A stretch of DNA of 64,000 nt from Octopus vulgaris (Eukaryota): assembly GCA_951406725.2 (NCBI GenBank), contig OX597818.1, forward strand, positions 42,222,001 through 42,286,000, read 5' to 3'. The notes below the pieces were generated by a model. It did no database searches and had not been told where the DNA came from. It was given only the letters and a program-made list of their open reading frames with translations. This document shows, piece after piece, positions 40,153 through 53,699 of the stretch; position 1 is the stretch's first letter, and each line of letters opens with the position of its first letter. The translations under genes and the position numbers were made by a program.

Positions 40153-40700
40153 GGTGGCTGCCCCCTCGTTATCGAGTATGGCCATTGCACGAAGCATAAT
40201 CAACATTGTTATCATGCAATGCCTGTGCAAGAAGATTTTTTTTTAAGTGAGGAAAGGCTGTGCACTGAGTCAATCCCACTCACTAAGCAACAGCAGCCAT
40301 AATCCAAAAAGAAGAACAAGTCAACATCATCAGTAACCACTGAGCCACTGGATTTATGCCGGAGTTATCCCAGTTACCTGAGTTTCCTTCTAGAAGGATG
40401 CCCTAACAAAGGCTAGGAGTCCTTCACTCCCAATGGTTTAACCACGCGATCGGGTATTCAGTCCAATTATTTCTATGTCCCCGTGCATGATACAGCCTTA
40501 AGACATTTATTGGATGGCTGTTGACTCCCAAGAGTTCCTCCGCCCTTTGACAGGTTTTGTTTTTCATCCCGCAGGGTGTCCAATAAACACCCTCCTCACC
40601 AAGCAAGCTTGGTGGGGTTGCCGGTTTAGTTGCCAACGACTCAACCATGCAACAGGTTGTACTGGGTTACATGTTACCAGTAGCACTCGAAAGTGACCTG

Positions 40701-40752
<52 letters not shown>

Positions 40753-40759
40753 ACTATAC

Positions 40760-40823
<64 letters not shown>

Positions 40824-40826
40824 ACT

Positions 40827-40880
<54 letters not shown>

Positions 40881-40966
40881 TGTACTAATGAGCAAGGTTT
40901 GTATATACCTTAAGTATTGTTGTGTTCATGTCCCACTGATTATTTTCTTTTACCTATTTTTTGTAG

Positions 40967-41062
40967 ATAATCATGTCTGGTTGACAGATGGTTTCAAGAA
41001 TGGAAGGAATTGGGAATGGAACTATCAAAGAGAAACTATATCTACTTTCTATTGGTTTCCTG
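40967..41062 (+). CDS. C-type lectin domain exon 2
   Basis: TTTTGTAG acceptor; DNHVWLTDGFKNGRNWEWNYQRETISTFYWFP. Donor G|GTAAAT, phase 1-1. Confidence 0.92.
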
Positions 41063-42426
41063 GTAAATATAGTAATTTTAAAGCATAAAAGCATCTCAGA
41101 ATTTAAGCCTTTTAACTTTTCAAACTGGAATAGACTAGAATAAACGTTTCTAAATTTAGTAATAATGAAGATGAAACTACGACCAACTGCTTTGATAATG
41201 ATTTTTGAAATAATCACGTTTTCAATTATTTTCATAAATTACCAGCCCTGAGTCATTTATCTTAGTTTTTTCCAATTCTGCAACTGGATAAGAAATGTAC
41301 AGGATGCTTAATGTAGTACTAATTTCTGAGAGCACAGAAGAATGATGCAACTCAGATGAGATATGAAATCACATCTCATCAATCACCATTATCCATTTTA
41401 TTATTGTCATTAGCTGAAATAAACCTGTATCAAATGGAATGTTTCACTTTTAGTTCTTATGGGCCTGGGGAGCAAGCTGGCAGTTTTGTTAGCATGCTGA
41501 GCAAAATGCTTAAGCAGCATTTCATCCAACCTGAAGTTCTGAGTTCAAATTCTGCCATGGTTGACTTTGCCTTTCATCTTTTGGAGATCAATAAAGTGAA
41601 TACCAGTTGAGCCCTGGGGTCGATGTAATCAACTTAATCCCTCCCCTAAAATTGCTGGCTTTGTGCCAAAATTTAAGCCCATTATAAATCTGAATATTCT
41701 TTCAAACTTAAAGGAAAGGAAGTACTCAATATAACTTTTGTAAAAAGCTTAGCTCTGAATTCTATAATACTATAAAGAGAATGAGATATTAATGTCTTTC
41801 TCTTTCCATTAAGCACTTGTTGACCTGCCTTTATTATTTATTTATGTATCTATTTATTTATGTATATATTTTGTTGTTTATGTATATATTGAGCTGTACA
41901 ATTGACATTGATCTATTATGTGTGTTTTTACTCAAAATGTTTGTTATTGAGTGAGCAAGATGGGAATATTACAGAATGTGATATGGTTTAACCCTTTAGC
42001 ATTCAGATTACTCTGTCAAAGGTAATGCTTATTTGTTCACTTTGTTTTGAATTAGTCATGCATTATCTCATAGCTTCAAGATTTCAATGATATAACAGTT
42101 TATTTTTAGAATAACATTGTAGGGTCAGTGTGAGAAACTGAATCTGATCAGTTTGAACATAAGACAAGGAGAATATTTGGGCCAGATACAGCTGGTTTAA
42201 ATGTTGAAGGGTTAAAATGGTAGTCTTTTATGATATTTATGAATAATGCTTTGATGGACATTTTGATGCTCTCATGAAACTATGCGATAAATGTCTACAT
42301 GTGAAGTGAGAAATGTTTTACAATTATGTCGAGTGTGATATGAAACGGTATGGTGCAGACTGCTCAGTGTGACAAGTCAACATTAAACCTAGAATTGAAC
42401 AAGCCTGTACTACCATTTCTTTACAG

Positions 42427-42609
42427 GATGGATACCTAATAAGAAGTCTGCAGAGCCAAGCAAAAGAGGGAGATGTATTAGTTTATCCAATGTGTTTGAG
42501 TATGATGGAGAACTGCACATAACTAGTTACTTCTTCTGGAAGACATCTAACTGTAGCTCAGTCACAGGTTTTATCTGTGAACAGAAAAAAACACCTGATT
42601 TCACAGAAG
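42427..42609 (+). CDS. C-type lectin domain exon 3
   Basis: TTTACAG acceptor; GWIPNKKSAEPSKRGRCISLSNVFEYDGELHITSYFFWKTSNCSSVTGFICEQKKTPDFTE has the C...W...C.....FICE signature. Donor G|GTAAGT, phase 1-1. Confidence 0.93.
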
Positions 42610-43129
42610 GTAAGTATGCAAGCTGGTTCTCCACCTTGATTTTTTTTTAATGATCATTCTAAGAAGGAATAGTGTTTAGAAGAACATTCGTGTTCTCTGA
42701 GATATCACTAAGGAACTAGGTTAAGTTTATATGATTGTTTGAACTTAAGCATGTTATTCATTGTAAGGAAAGAGTGAGATCTATAGGAAGACAGTTCTGA
42801 GGAGAAAAGATGAAATGAAGTCCTTTAATATAAGGGTCTAATTGGAGAAGACAATAAAAGTATGCAAGTGAATCAAATGAATTAATTAGGGATGACATAG
42901 TAAAAGAAGTAAAGGGCCACCAATCTTAGTGACAAATGGTGCAAAGACATATATGCTACAACCAAAACAAACTTAGCAACTAAAGATCTCTTGTATAGAA
43001 AAAAAAAACAACATATAAATAAAAACAAAATATATTAATAATCATCTTTTAGTTTGAAGAGACAACAGAACCTTTAGTTAAGAAGTATATCAAAAGTGAT
43101 GATAGTAGAAATGTATTTAGTAGTGAATT

Positions 43130-43462
43130 TATTGGGTTGTCCGGAAAGTTCGTGCCGATTTATAGCAGCATACCTTTCGACTTATTTTAGAATATGGTTT
43201 AGTCCATAAAATAGGATTTGATTACACCTCCATTTAGAGCACAGTTTTCGTGGAAGAAGGTTTATGTTCCTATAACCTGTGTAAATTCTGTAACCCTTTA
43301 AAATGAAAGATAAGAAAGTTCATTTTCAGCACTTGATGCTTTGGGAACCAGACAAAAAATGCTGCAGCTCAGCTGGGATGTGTTACCCCACCCTCCATAT
43401 TCACCAGACTTCTTGCTTCTTCAGATTTCCACTTATTCAGGTCTCTGCAGAATAGTCTTAAT
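43130..43462 (+). mobile_element. Internally deleted mariner relic
   Basis: TA-TTGGGTTGTCCGGAAAGTTCGTGCCGATTT terminus and WDVLPHPPYSPD motif. Confidence 0.8.
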
Positions 43463-43465
43463 GGT

Positions 43466-44320
43466 AAGGAATGAAACCAGTATGATCCGATGGATGTATA
43501 ATATCAGTGTGCATACTCAACAGAGTGTAAGTACCTTGAGAGAAAAGTTGGACCTAAGAAGCATCAGATGTAGTGTTCAAGAGAGACAACTGTGCTGGTA
43601 TGGTCATGTGGAAAGAATGGATGAGGATAGCTGTGTGAAAAAGTGCTACACCCTAGCGGATGAGGGAACCTGTGGAAGTGGTAGACCCAGGAAGACCTAG
43701 GATGAAGTGGTGAAGCACGACCTTCAAACATTAGGCCAAGACTTTTGGAAATATGCTGTGCTTGAGAAGACCTGGCAAGCTAAATGAGACTATAACCTTT
43801 TGGCCTATGCCAGGGGTGTAACCAGCCCACTTATGCGTACCTTCCCTTCATTGGACACTGCTTGCGAAGACATTTGAGGCAAGAGAAATTGAAATCAAAT
43901 TCGATGACTGGCATCCGTGCAAGTGGAACACTAAGAGCACCATCCAAGCGTGATCGTTGCCAGAGTGGCTAACTGGCATCCATGCCAGTGGCACTTAAAA
44001 AGTACCATTTGAGTGTGATCATAACCAGCGTCACCTTACTGGCACCTGTGCCAGTGTGCAGGTGGCACATAAAAAAAAACCACCATTTGGGTGTGGCTGC
44101 TGCCAGTACCGCCTGACTGGCCCTCATGCCGGTGGCACGTAAAAGCACCCACTACACTCTCGTAGTGGTTGGCATTAGGAAGGGCATCCAGCTGTAGAAA
44201 CTCTATCAGATCAAGATTGGAGCCTGGTGCAGCCATCTGGTTCGCCAGCCCTCAGTCAAATCATCCTACCCATGCTAGCATGGAAAGCGGATGTTAAACG
44301 ATGATGATGATGATGATGAT
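43466..44320 (+). mobile_element. RTE LINE 3' fragment with (GAT)n tail
   Basis: RNETSMIRWM...WYGHVERM...GRPRKT is homologous to 7920-8260. Confidence 0.85.
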
Positions 44321-44424
44321 GTCTGTGTGTGTGTGTGTGTATGTGTGTGTATGTGTGTTTGTGTGTGTGTGTGTGTGTGGGTGTGTATGTGGGAGTGTGT
44401 TTATATAAGTATGCATTTACATAT

Positions 44425-45395
44425 ATATCATCATCATCGCTGTCGTCATCATCGTTTAACATCCACTTTCCATGCTGGCATGGGTTGGACAGTTTGACTG
44501 AGGAATGGTGATCCAGCAGGCTGCACTAGGCTCAATCTGATCTGGCAAAATTTCTACTGTTGGATGCCCTTCCTAATGCCAACCACTCAAAGAGTGTAGT
44601 GAGTGCTTTTATGTGCACAAGACTAGTCAGGCGGTTCTGGTAGCAACCACGTTCGTAAGATGTTTCTTACATGCAACCTAAACGGGAGCTAGTCAGGTGG
44701 CACTGGCAATGACCACTTTTGAATGTTGTTTCTCACATGCAACCGGCACATGTGCCAGTAAGGTGACGCTGGCAATGATCATGCTCAAACGGTGCTTTTT
44801 ATGTGCCACCGGCATGGAAACCAATCCATGGCCCTTGCAACAATCATGCTTGGATGTGTTTTTAATGTTCCACTGGTATGAGTGCCAATAAGGAGTTACT
44901 GTCATCGACCACGTCCGTGATTTTGATTTGATTTCACTTGCCTCAATAGGTCTTTGCTAGCAAAGTTTATTGTCCAATGAATGAGGAGTACTCATATGTG
45001 GGCTGGTTACACCACACACTTGGATGTGTTTTTAATGTTTCACTGGCATAAGTGCCAATCAGGCGGTACTGTCATCAGCCACATCAGCGATTTTGATTTT
45101 GATTTCACTTGCCTCAATAGGTCTTTGCAAGCAAAGTTTATTGTCCAGTGAATGAAGGGTATTCAGAAGTGGGCTGGTTACACCCACTGGCATAGGTGAC
45201 GGACTATGGTCTCACTTGGCTTCTCGGGTCTTCTCAAGCATATCTCCAATGGTCTCAGTCACTAGTCATTGCCTCGGTGAGGCCCAATGTTCGAAGGCCG
45301 TGCTTCACCACCTCATCCCAGGTCTTCCTGGGTCTACCTCTTCCACAAGTTCCCTCAACTTTCACACTGCTTTCCTCATTCATTCGTAACACATG
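44425..45395 (-). mobile_element. RTE LINE 3' fragment, tail-to-tail with previous copy
   Basis: Reverse complement of the RTE 3' UTR and GRPRKTWDEVVKH region. Confidence 0.8.
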
Positions 45396-46334
45396 GCCAT
45401 ATACACCTTACATTGGCAACATAATGTATTATCATATTATGAAACATTTTATTATTATGAAACATTTATGGACACATGGGACAGAATTATGGCACAAGTT
45501 ATCTTTTAATGAGCAAATACTTTCAAGAACTTGTTTGTATGCAGCTTCAATTTTTTGTTTGTTTGTTTTTTGTTGTTGGAGAGGATATACACCATTGGTT
45601 ATATCATGCCTTTCTTCCCCAGATGAATTCTTGTCAATGAAATGAATGGTGAGATGAAATTTTAAAGGTTCCATCAACTAACCAGTTACTTTTATTTGCA
45701 AAAATTTGCAGATTTCCTTCCAGGATAATCAGAATCAAAATCACGTAAAACAAAATGTAGTTTGTAATGGATTAGATTTATAAATTCCTCCAATAATTCT
45801 TTGGATGACTACATAGCTCTCTGTACTGGCCGATCGACCCCTCTATGTAGTCTTACTGCAGTAATTATTACCATATTTGGTTGAGCCTGTGGCAGCAAAG
45901 ACTTCTGGCATTCTTGGCCCCTAGACCATATCTTTGCTCATCGCTACAGGAGCAGTGACTGCTGTCCACAAGTGTGATCCCCATGACTCAGGGTTGCTGT
46001 TCCAGTGCATCTACCTCACCATTCTCTGGAGCAACACTTTTTCTATTTTGTCTACTGGGGCCATGTGGCAGTCTGACTTGCAGGAAATTGTATACTCCGC
46101 TCCATAAATACTTAGATTCATGCAATATTTCTTTTCATTACTTCCAATCCCATCAGGATGGACTTTTCCCTTTTGTCTCTTGAGGGTTAATAAAAAACAA
46201 TGATCACTGCATGCAACAATATTTCTTCCGGAAAACCATTTTGATTTTGAACCAAAGTAAGAAATACTTATTATTTGTACAATTATGTATGTGGTTTTGT
46301 GTAAGTTGTTCATGTGACTCATTAATGCTTTCAG

Positions 46335-46453
46335 AATGTTACAGTGGAAATGGTGTGTCCTACAGAGGGTCTGTATCAGAAACAGGCAAAGGAACACCTT
46401 GCCTTAAATGGACAGAGAATCCTAAATATAACACAATAAACTCTCCCAATGCA
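46335..46453 (+). CDS. Kringle 1, exon A
   Basis: TTTCAG acceptor; ECYSGNGVSYRGSVSETGKGTPCLKWTENPKYNTINSPNA has the CY..NG..YRG....T..G..C..W signature. Donor GCA|GTAAGT, phase 1-0. Confidence 0.95.
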
Positions 46454-48417
46454 GTAAGTTTACTTTGAATTTTAATTGCTTATCTTGACAATGGTTTGAA
46501 TACATAGTTAGATAATTGATACTGACAATAAAAAAAAAACTGATATAAATAACAACCATTTAGATAATCCACCTTGAATAGCCATAAATTAATTATTGAG
46601 AGGAATACGATAAACAAAAGTAATAACTAGTTTATTGATAAACATTCTTATCGTTTTCTATAGCATCAGGTAAAACTGTTAGCAATGACCAAGCACTATT
46701 AGTTAGTGACATTAGTTATCTGAGATTTTTAATTAAACTGAATCAGTAGCAGAATTTTATATATTTTGCTCAATCCAATCAAACAAAAATTACAGGTACT
46801 CATCAAAATGTGATGAGCTTACAGGTGATTCATGCCCTCCAGATTCAGAACAGTAAAACTGTTTCAAATTTTAGCAAAAGCCACAAATTTTTGTGAGGAC
46901 AGGTAAGTCAATTACATCGACTCTAGTGCCCAACTGGTTCTTATCTTATCAACCACCAAGAAGGCAAAGTTGACCTTGGAAGAATTTGAACTCAGAACAC
47001 AAATCTGGAAGAAATATTGCTGAGCATTTTGTCCAGAGTGCTAATGATTCTGGCAGATCACAGCCTTTCAGCTCAGTGCAATTAAAAAGAATACATAAGT
47101 ATTTTAGGTTGCTATGATGAAAGAGAATATCCATTATTTTGATTGGATCCACTTTTCAATGAAGACTCTTCTCTAAATATTAAATATTCCCTTTTCTATC
47201 TAAGCTAAATAATACTTCCTTTTTCTGAATTTAACAAAATTTGTCTATATTAAATTCTGAATTCTTACTTTGTAAGGTCCATAGTGGCTTTTATATTGGT
47301 TTTTTTTTTTTTATAAGTACTTCTGGTTTCTATGCCAAGGTTATGAATTGTTTTCTAGATTCTCATCATCATCATTGTCATTTAACATTCGTTTTCCATG
47401 CTGTCATATGATGGACAGCTTGATAAGAGCTAGCAAGGCCAGGGGCTGCAAAAGGTTCCATTCTCTGTTTTGGATTGGTTTCTACTACTGGATGTCCTTC
47501 CTAACATCAACCATTTTATAGAGTGTACTTTTTACATGGTGTTTTTTACATGGTACCATCACCAATGCTTTTTTATGTAGCACCATAACCAATAGTTTCT
47601 ATGCAGTAAAAATAGTTCTAGAATTTTCTAGTAATGTAAATTTTTAATAGCAAATCTTTCCATATCGTCCATGTCTAAGATAATAATGCATTATCCTCAG
47701 CAGAGAAATACAGATATGATAGAATTCTTTCTTAGCACTACCATTCTGATTTTGATAATCTATTGTAATTCTTACAATAGATTACCAAATAATAAATGAT
47801 GATGATGATAAAAATGATAATGATGATGATGATGATGATGATATATCAACCTGTGTATAAATATATATAACCTCATCATCATCATCATCATCGTTTAGCA
47901 TCCGTTTTCCATGCTAGCATGGGTTGGACGGTTCTACTGGGGGTCTGTGAAGCCAGAAGGCTTCATCAGGCCCAGTCAAATCTGGCAGTGTTTCTACGGC
48001 TGGATGCCCTTCCTAACGCCAACCACTCCGTGAGTGTAGTGGGTGCTTTTTACGTGCCACCCGCACAGGTGCCAGACAGAGCTGGCAAACGGCCACGAAC
48101 GGATGGTGCTTTTTATGTGCCACTGGCACAAGGGCCAGGTGAGGCTGGCAACGGACACGAAACGGGGCGGTGCTGGCAACGGTCGCGAAACGGAAGGTTC
48201 TCTTACATGCCACCGGCACTGGTAACACATCTGCAATTTCCATTGATCGATTTCCATTCTGATCCTCACTTGCCTCAACGGGTCTTCACAACCTGTCATA
48301 TATAATTCTTTGCTTTTTAACATCCATTCTTTTCCATGCTTGCATGGGGCTGAATGGATATGTATAATATAGTAGAAATAATGATTATTATTATTATTAT
48401 CATCATCATCATCATCA

Positions 48418-48459
<42 letters not shown>

Positions 48460-48460
<1 letters not shown>

Positions 48461-49015
48461 GTTTTTCCTTCTTTCTTCAAATTTTCTTCCGTTTCTCGCC
48501 GGGTGTTTTCCATACACCTAGGGCAGAGAAGGGCATTGTATGCATTCCCAGATTACATGCGCAAATTCACAGATAAAATATGTATTTAAAAATTAATAAA
48601 TAAATAAATTCATGGATGGATGTTATTTTCACAGTGATATTGCTCTTCTCAGTACATTAGCCGTTCCAGTTAATACGATTTTTTGCACCTCCTGTAGGGA
48701 TGGTAAACCTGGAATCATTTTCAAATAGGTTTCAGTACCTTTTTTTATCATTCCTAGAGATCCTACAATCACTGGTACTGTAGTCACCTTGAGATGCCAC
48801 ATTTTTTCAATTTCTATTAGCAGGTTTTTATATTTACTAATCTTGTCAAATTCTTTCATCGCTATATTGTGATCACAGGGAATACTCATGTCAATTAATA
48901 AACACATCCTTTTTGTCTGATCTTTTATAATAATATCCGGTTTATTAGCTTTTATAGTCCTGTCGGTCTGTACGGGAAAGTCCCATAGAATCAACACATT
49001 TTCTCCCTCAGTCAC
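48460..49015 (-). mobile_element. R4/Dong-like non-LTR retrotransposon 3' end (REL endonuclease) in (TAA)n
   Basis: ORF 48629-49015 contains LWDF...TDR...NKPDI...LID.SIP...KY..L (PD-D/ExK restriction-like endonuclease). TAA tracts lie on both sides. Confidence 0.85.
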
Positions 49016-49038
49016 AGTTTATTATTATTATTATTATG

Positions 49039-49073
<35 letters not shown>

Positions 49074-49139
49074 CATCATCATCATCCTTATTATTATCGC
49101 CATCATCATCCTCATCATCATTATTATTATCATTTCAAA

Positions 49140-49605
49140 GTAACATTGGGCCATCAAAGTAACACTGGGGTACAAATATACAAAGCCTAGTACACCTATC
49201 ATGACTACCTGCCTGATAAGCGTATACTAGGCACATGCATCATAAACATATGTGCATGACATGGTGATCTTATATCAAGATAAACAGTGCATGACCTTGC
49301 AGATGGGGCCCAGTTAGAATTTTCTTCTGGTCGAGTAACCCATCCCACTCAAAAAGTCCCTGAATAAGGGTTGTTTAAGGATGTTGAACGAAACACCCAT
49401 GTTTCCAGAGGTGAATTATTCAAACCTCAAAGAATCCTTCTCTACACATGGCTATGATGCTCCCCCACTACTTCTGCTCATCACCAGAGATGCACATATC
49501 ATCAACCACTAAGGGACATGCTCAACTGGTTAAGGTCAAACAACTGTCAAGCAAATCTGTGGTATTGAGCAGAATATTTGCTGCAACCCATCTTTTATAC
49601 CAAGA
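49140..49605 (-). mobile_element. TAA-associated non-coding element
   Basis: Reverse complement homology to 14390-14840. Confidence 0.7.
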
Positions 49606-49617
49606 TTATTATTATTA

Positions 49618-49669
<52 letters not shown>

Positions 49670-49758
49670 GCCAAAATGTATCTGACACATATCTCAAGCA
49701 AAATATAAATGAAAATATAAACATTTGTAACTTTAAATTTCATTCCTACTTCCTCTAG

Positions 49759-49942
49759 GGTCTCGGAGACCACAATTTTTGTCGAAACCCTGATGATGAT
49801 GAGCGTCCATGGTGTTGGGTAGCACCAGCTTTCCAAAATCAGTTTGGATACTGTAAAATTGATCAATGTAAAAATGTTACAGAAAGCACAACAGTGGAAT
49901 CAACTGTGACTACATACCCAACAACAGTGGCATCAACTACTC
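49759..49942 (+). CDS. Kringle 1, exon B + Thr/Ser-rich linker
   Basis: CTCTAG acceptor; GLGDHNFCRNPDDDERPWCWVAPAFQNQFGYCKIDQCKNVTESTTVESTVTTYPTTVASTT. Donor C|GTAAGT, phase 0-1. Confidence 0.95.
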
Positions 49943-50499
49943 GTAAGTATTTTAAAAACAATTTAAACACCAAATGAAGGCAATAAGACAATTATTAGTG
50001 CTTTAATGAAAACTTCAACAGTAACAGATCATTATAAGGGGAAATATAAATCAGTATGTAGTATAGATATTTCCTGCAAAACTTAATTTGACTGTAAAAT
50101 TAATGAGCTAAAATAATGAAGATATTTTCCATGTGAGCCTTAATTTAAAATCAGTTACAGATCCTTTTGCTATTACTGAATGTCTTCCTTCAAACACTTC
50201 AAAATATTGCAGTAGAACTTTTGATTCATGGTCTGGTTTGTGGGGACAAATTCCCGATGCACAATACCTATTTCTTTACTACCCACAAGGGGCTAAAAAC
50301 AGAGAGGACAAACAAGGACAGACAAACGGATTAAGTTGATTATATCGTCCCCAGTGCGTAACTGATACTTAATTTATTGACCCTGAAAGGATGAAAGGCA
50401 AATTCGACCTTTGTTATTGCCTGGAGGACTATGATGAATAGAAGGGGACTAAGGGCTGAAACTTGGTGGACCCTCTACTTCTACCCGGAATTCTTCACA

Positions 50500-50690
50500 A
50501 TACTAACCTTACTAACAGCCTCTCTGTATAGGGCCTGTACAGCCCTTATCACCTATTCGTCAATCTCCAGTTTCCGCATTGCCCACCAGATAAGGTATAA
50601 GGGGACCCTGTCAAGTCCACAAAAGTTAAGTAGAGTGGTTTATCTTTAGCTAGGTATTTCTCCTGCAGTTGTCGAACCAGGAATATGGCA
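50500..50690 (-). mobile_element. RTE reverse transcriptase fragment nested in SINE B
   Basis: DAIFLVRQLQEKYLAKDKPLYLTFVDL RT motif, with SINE B halves on both sides. Confidence 0.75.
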
Positions 50691-50784
50691 TCAGAACATA
50701 ATGGTAGATGAAATAAGGCTACGCATTTCGCCCGGCATGCTAATGTTTCTGCCAGCTCACCGCCTTCCCGATGCACAATACCAC

Positions 50785-51191
50785 ATTTCCGGTCGGTGAT
50801 GCTTGTGGCAGCTCTTCCAAATCACTCATCGTTTTTCAGGGAGATTCTTCTACTTTTGAAGTGACCATGCCAGCTGAAAACTTGCTTACGACCCATTGCT
50901 TCATCACTGTAAGCTTGCCAAAGTGTGCTCAATGTCTCTATAGCAGACTTCCTAAGTTTAATGCAAAATTTCACGTTGGCTCTTTGTTCCTGTCCATGAC
51001 AAATTCACAGACTACAGTATACATGTGATCACAAAACACAAATTTCACTACTTGCAAAGTAAACACTATGGTGTCACTTGGCACACTACATCATAAAGGT
51101 CCCTGCTAGCTCTCACTGTGCATGCAATCTTGTGCTGCCATCTGCTGGAGCATTACAGAACTAGTTCGGAAACTGTTTGATTACACCTCAT
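50785..51191 (-). mobile_element. Mariner 5' relic
   Basis: Minus strand begins TATGAGGTGTAATCAAACAGTTTCCGAAC (mariner TIR-like), followed by a degenerate N-terminal ORF. Confidence 0.55.
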
Positions 51192-51822
51192 ATATATATA
51201 CATGTGTGTGTATGTGTGTGTGTTTGTGTCTCTGTGTGTGAGCATGTGTATGTATATATCATCATCAGCATCATCATTTAACATCCACTTTCCATGCTAG
51301 CATGCATAGGATGATTTAACTGAGGGCTGGTGAACCAGATGACTACACCAGGCTTCAATCTTGATCTGGCAGAGTTTCTACAGATGGATGCCCTTCCTAA
51401 CGCCAACCACTCCGAGAGTGTAGTGGGTGCTTTTACATGCCACCGGCATGGGGGCCAGTCAGGCGGTACTGGCAACGACCTTGCTTGAATCTTTTTACAT
51501 ATGCCACCAGCACAGGTGCCAGTGAGGTGATGCTGGTAACAACCACGCTCGAATGGTGCCTTTTACGTGCCACCGGCACAGAAGCCAGTTAGTTGCTCTG
51601 GCAACGATCACACTCGGATGGTGCCCTCGGCACCCTACTAGCACGGGGCTCAAGTGCCAGTAAAATGACACTGTTAACAATCACACTCGAATGGTGCCCT
51701 TTTATGTGCCACTAGCACGGAAGCCAGTTAGCCGCTCTGTCAGCGATCACACTTGTATGGTGATCTTTGCACCCCGCTAGCACAGATGCCAGTCATCGAA
51801 TTTGATTCTGACTTTGATTTGG

Positions 51823-51864
<42 letters not shown>

Positions 51865-52686
51865 GAAATATGTTACAAAAAGAAAATATAAAATACACGT
51901 GGAAATATAAGGGTAAAATATGAAAAATCAACGAAAATGCACATTGCAAATAAAAAAAGGCTATTTATGATGGGTAACGACAAATATATACATTTAGATT
52001 GACTGAGGTAGTAATAAGAGTTATAAAAGTCATTATTATGAGATGATTATAAGATGATAATAAAGTAAGAAAACAATGCGAACCATGGTTTATGCAAAGC
52101 TGTTCATCACTTGACAAAAAAAAAAAAAATATATATATATATATATAATCAGTGATATATATATATATATATATATATAATCAGCGATAAATACATAAGA
52201 CAAATGAAATATATCCAAGAAAGATGACACTGTAAAGTATAGTGCAGTAATGTCTTTTATATGCAGTTAAATATATGTCCAGTCATAGAGTTACCAGTGG
52301 TTTCACATCCATAAAGGGCTTAGCCCCATGGACAACTCTGGGAGGTAGGAACCTGTTATGATCAGTTGATTATTAAGGAAACAAACAGTAAAAATTACAG
52401 GTCAGCAAGGATAGGTTAACACCCTTAGACCAACCAGTCCATATGGGTCAAAAAAGGGGGAACAGGGAATTTTGCCCTTAGGTTGTTTTTAGCTCATGAG
52501 GACCTTTCTGGATCTTATTGAGGAATGGACAATCCCATGTTCGCTGCAGGTAGCATTTTAAATGGTTGCGAAGGCTGTAAATTTCTTGCAGTGAGTTCAG
52601 TAATCCTAGTTTCAAGGAGTGTTTGAGGATCCTAGCTCACTCAGCCATGCAAAGCTAAGCACTTTATGCAAGGACATATACTTAAC

Positions 52687-52726
<40 letters not shown>

Positions 52727-52730
<4 letters not shown>

Positions 52731-52960
52731 AATGTAATAGGTGACAATTATTCGGTAGCCATGATAAAACTCCAAGTTTTGGATGCCAATGGCCAGATAA
52801 CTGAAGAGATGGCGGCGTGGATTTCCACCTTGGCATCTGAAACTCAGAGTTTTATCATGGCTACTGAATAATTGTCACCTATTACATTTACAGAAAAACT
52901 CCTCTATTTACATGATATCGAGGTCTCTTTCTTTCTTTTGCTGTCTTACCATTTTTATCA
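52727..52960 (+). mobile_element. Penelope-like terminus: ~46-bp inverted arms around minimal hammerhead (52796-52856)
   Basis: GATAA-CTGAAGA-stem II-GAAA-CTCAGAGT-T-TTATC. Arms 52727-52772 and 52847-52892 differ by one base. Flanked by TA tracts. Confidence 0.65.
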
Positions 52961-52993
<33 letters not shown>

Positions 52994-53638
52994 ACTTATA
53001 AAATAAGGGCAAAAGAAAAATTCTAATGCCAAATATGCCGAAAAAAGACAAAATTGTCAATAACAATTATAATTTATGTGTCTCGAAACAAGCCGATAGA
53101 AATTTCTAAAAAATTCCGTTATTACCGTATTGGTCCCAATTTCGGGGTTAATTCATAAGAATTTTTCCCTCTTCAGCGATAAATACATAAGACAAATGAA
53201 ATACTTACTCATACCCATGGAAAAAGTAAGCACTAAGTCCTGAGCAGACCTAAGTACCCCAAATATATCCAAAATAGAAAATCTTCGGCACATCTCGAGA
53301 CACGTGTGATTCGAACTAGAAACTTTCACAGAGTGAGAGAATCTGGAAGTGAACACTATTAAATTTACAACTAATGTAGGATAAAATTTTTTTTCGAAAA
53401 AATGGTGGTGGTGCTGGTGCTGGTGCTGGTGCTGGTTGTGGTAGTGCTGGTGGTGGTGGTGATGATGATGATGAGGAGGAGGAGGACGATGATGACGACG
53501 ATGACGACGGTGAAGTTCTCTTATTTTCTATGCACCACTAGAATGATAAATCTCTCCTGAAAATGGAATAAACAGAAAACTTACATGCTTATTTAATAAA
53601 TGTCAAATACAAGATATGAAGTGAATTTTATTTTACAG

Positions 53639-53699
53639 CTACAACTAAACCTAAACCAACATGTTCTCCTGTCCAAATGCTATGTAAAGGATCAAATAC
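53639..53699 (+). CDS. Linker + LDLa domain exon 1
   Basis: TTTTACAG acceptor; PTTKPKPTCSPVQMLCKGSNT. Donor AC|GTAAGA, phase 1-2. Confidence 0.88.

Noticed and set aside
43341-43700. Apparent mariner-RTE fusion ORF
   Set aside because: Chance in-frame junction of two decayed nested elements, with a premature stop.
51425-51795. CRISPR-like repeat/spacer appearance
   Set aside because: The spacers are homologous to each other, the context is a eukaryotic LINE UTR, and there are no cas genes.
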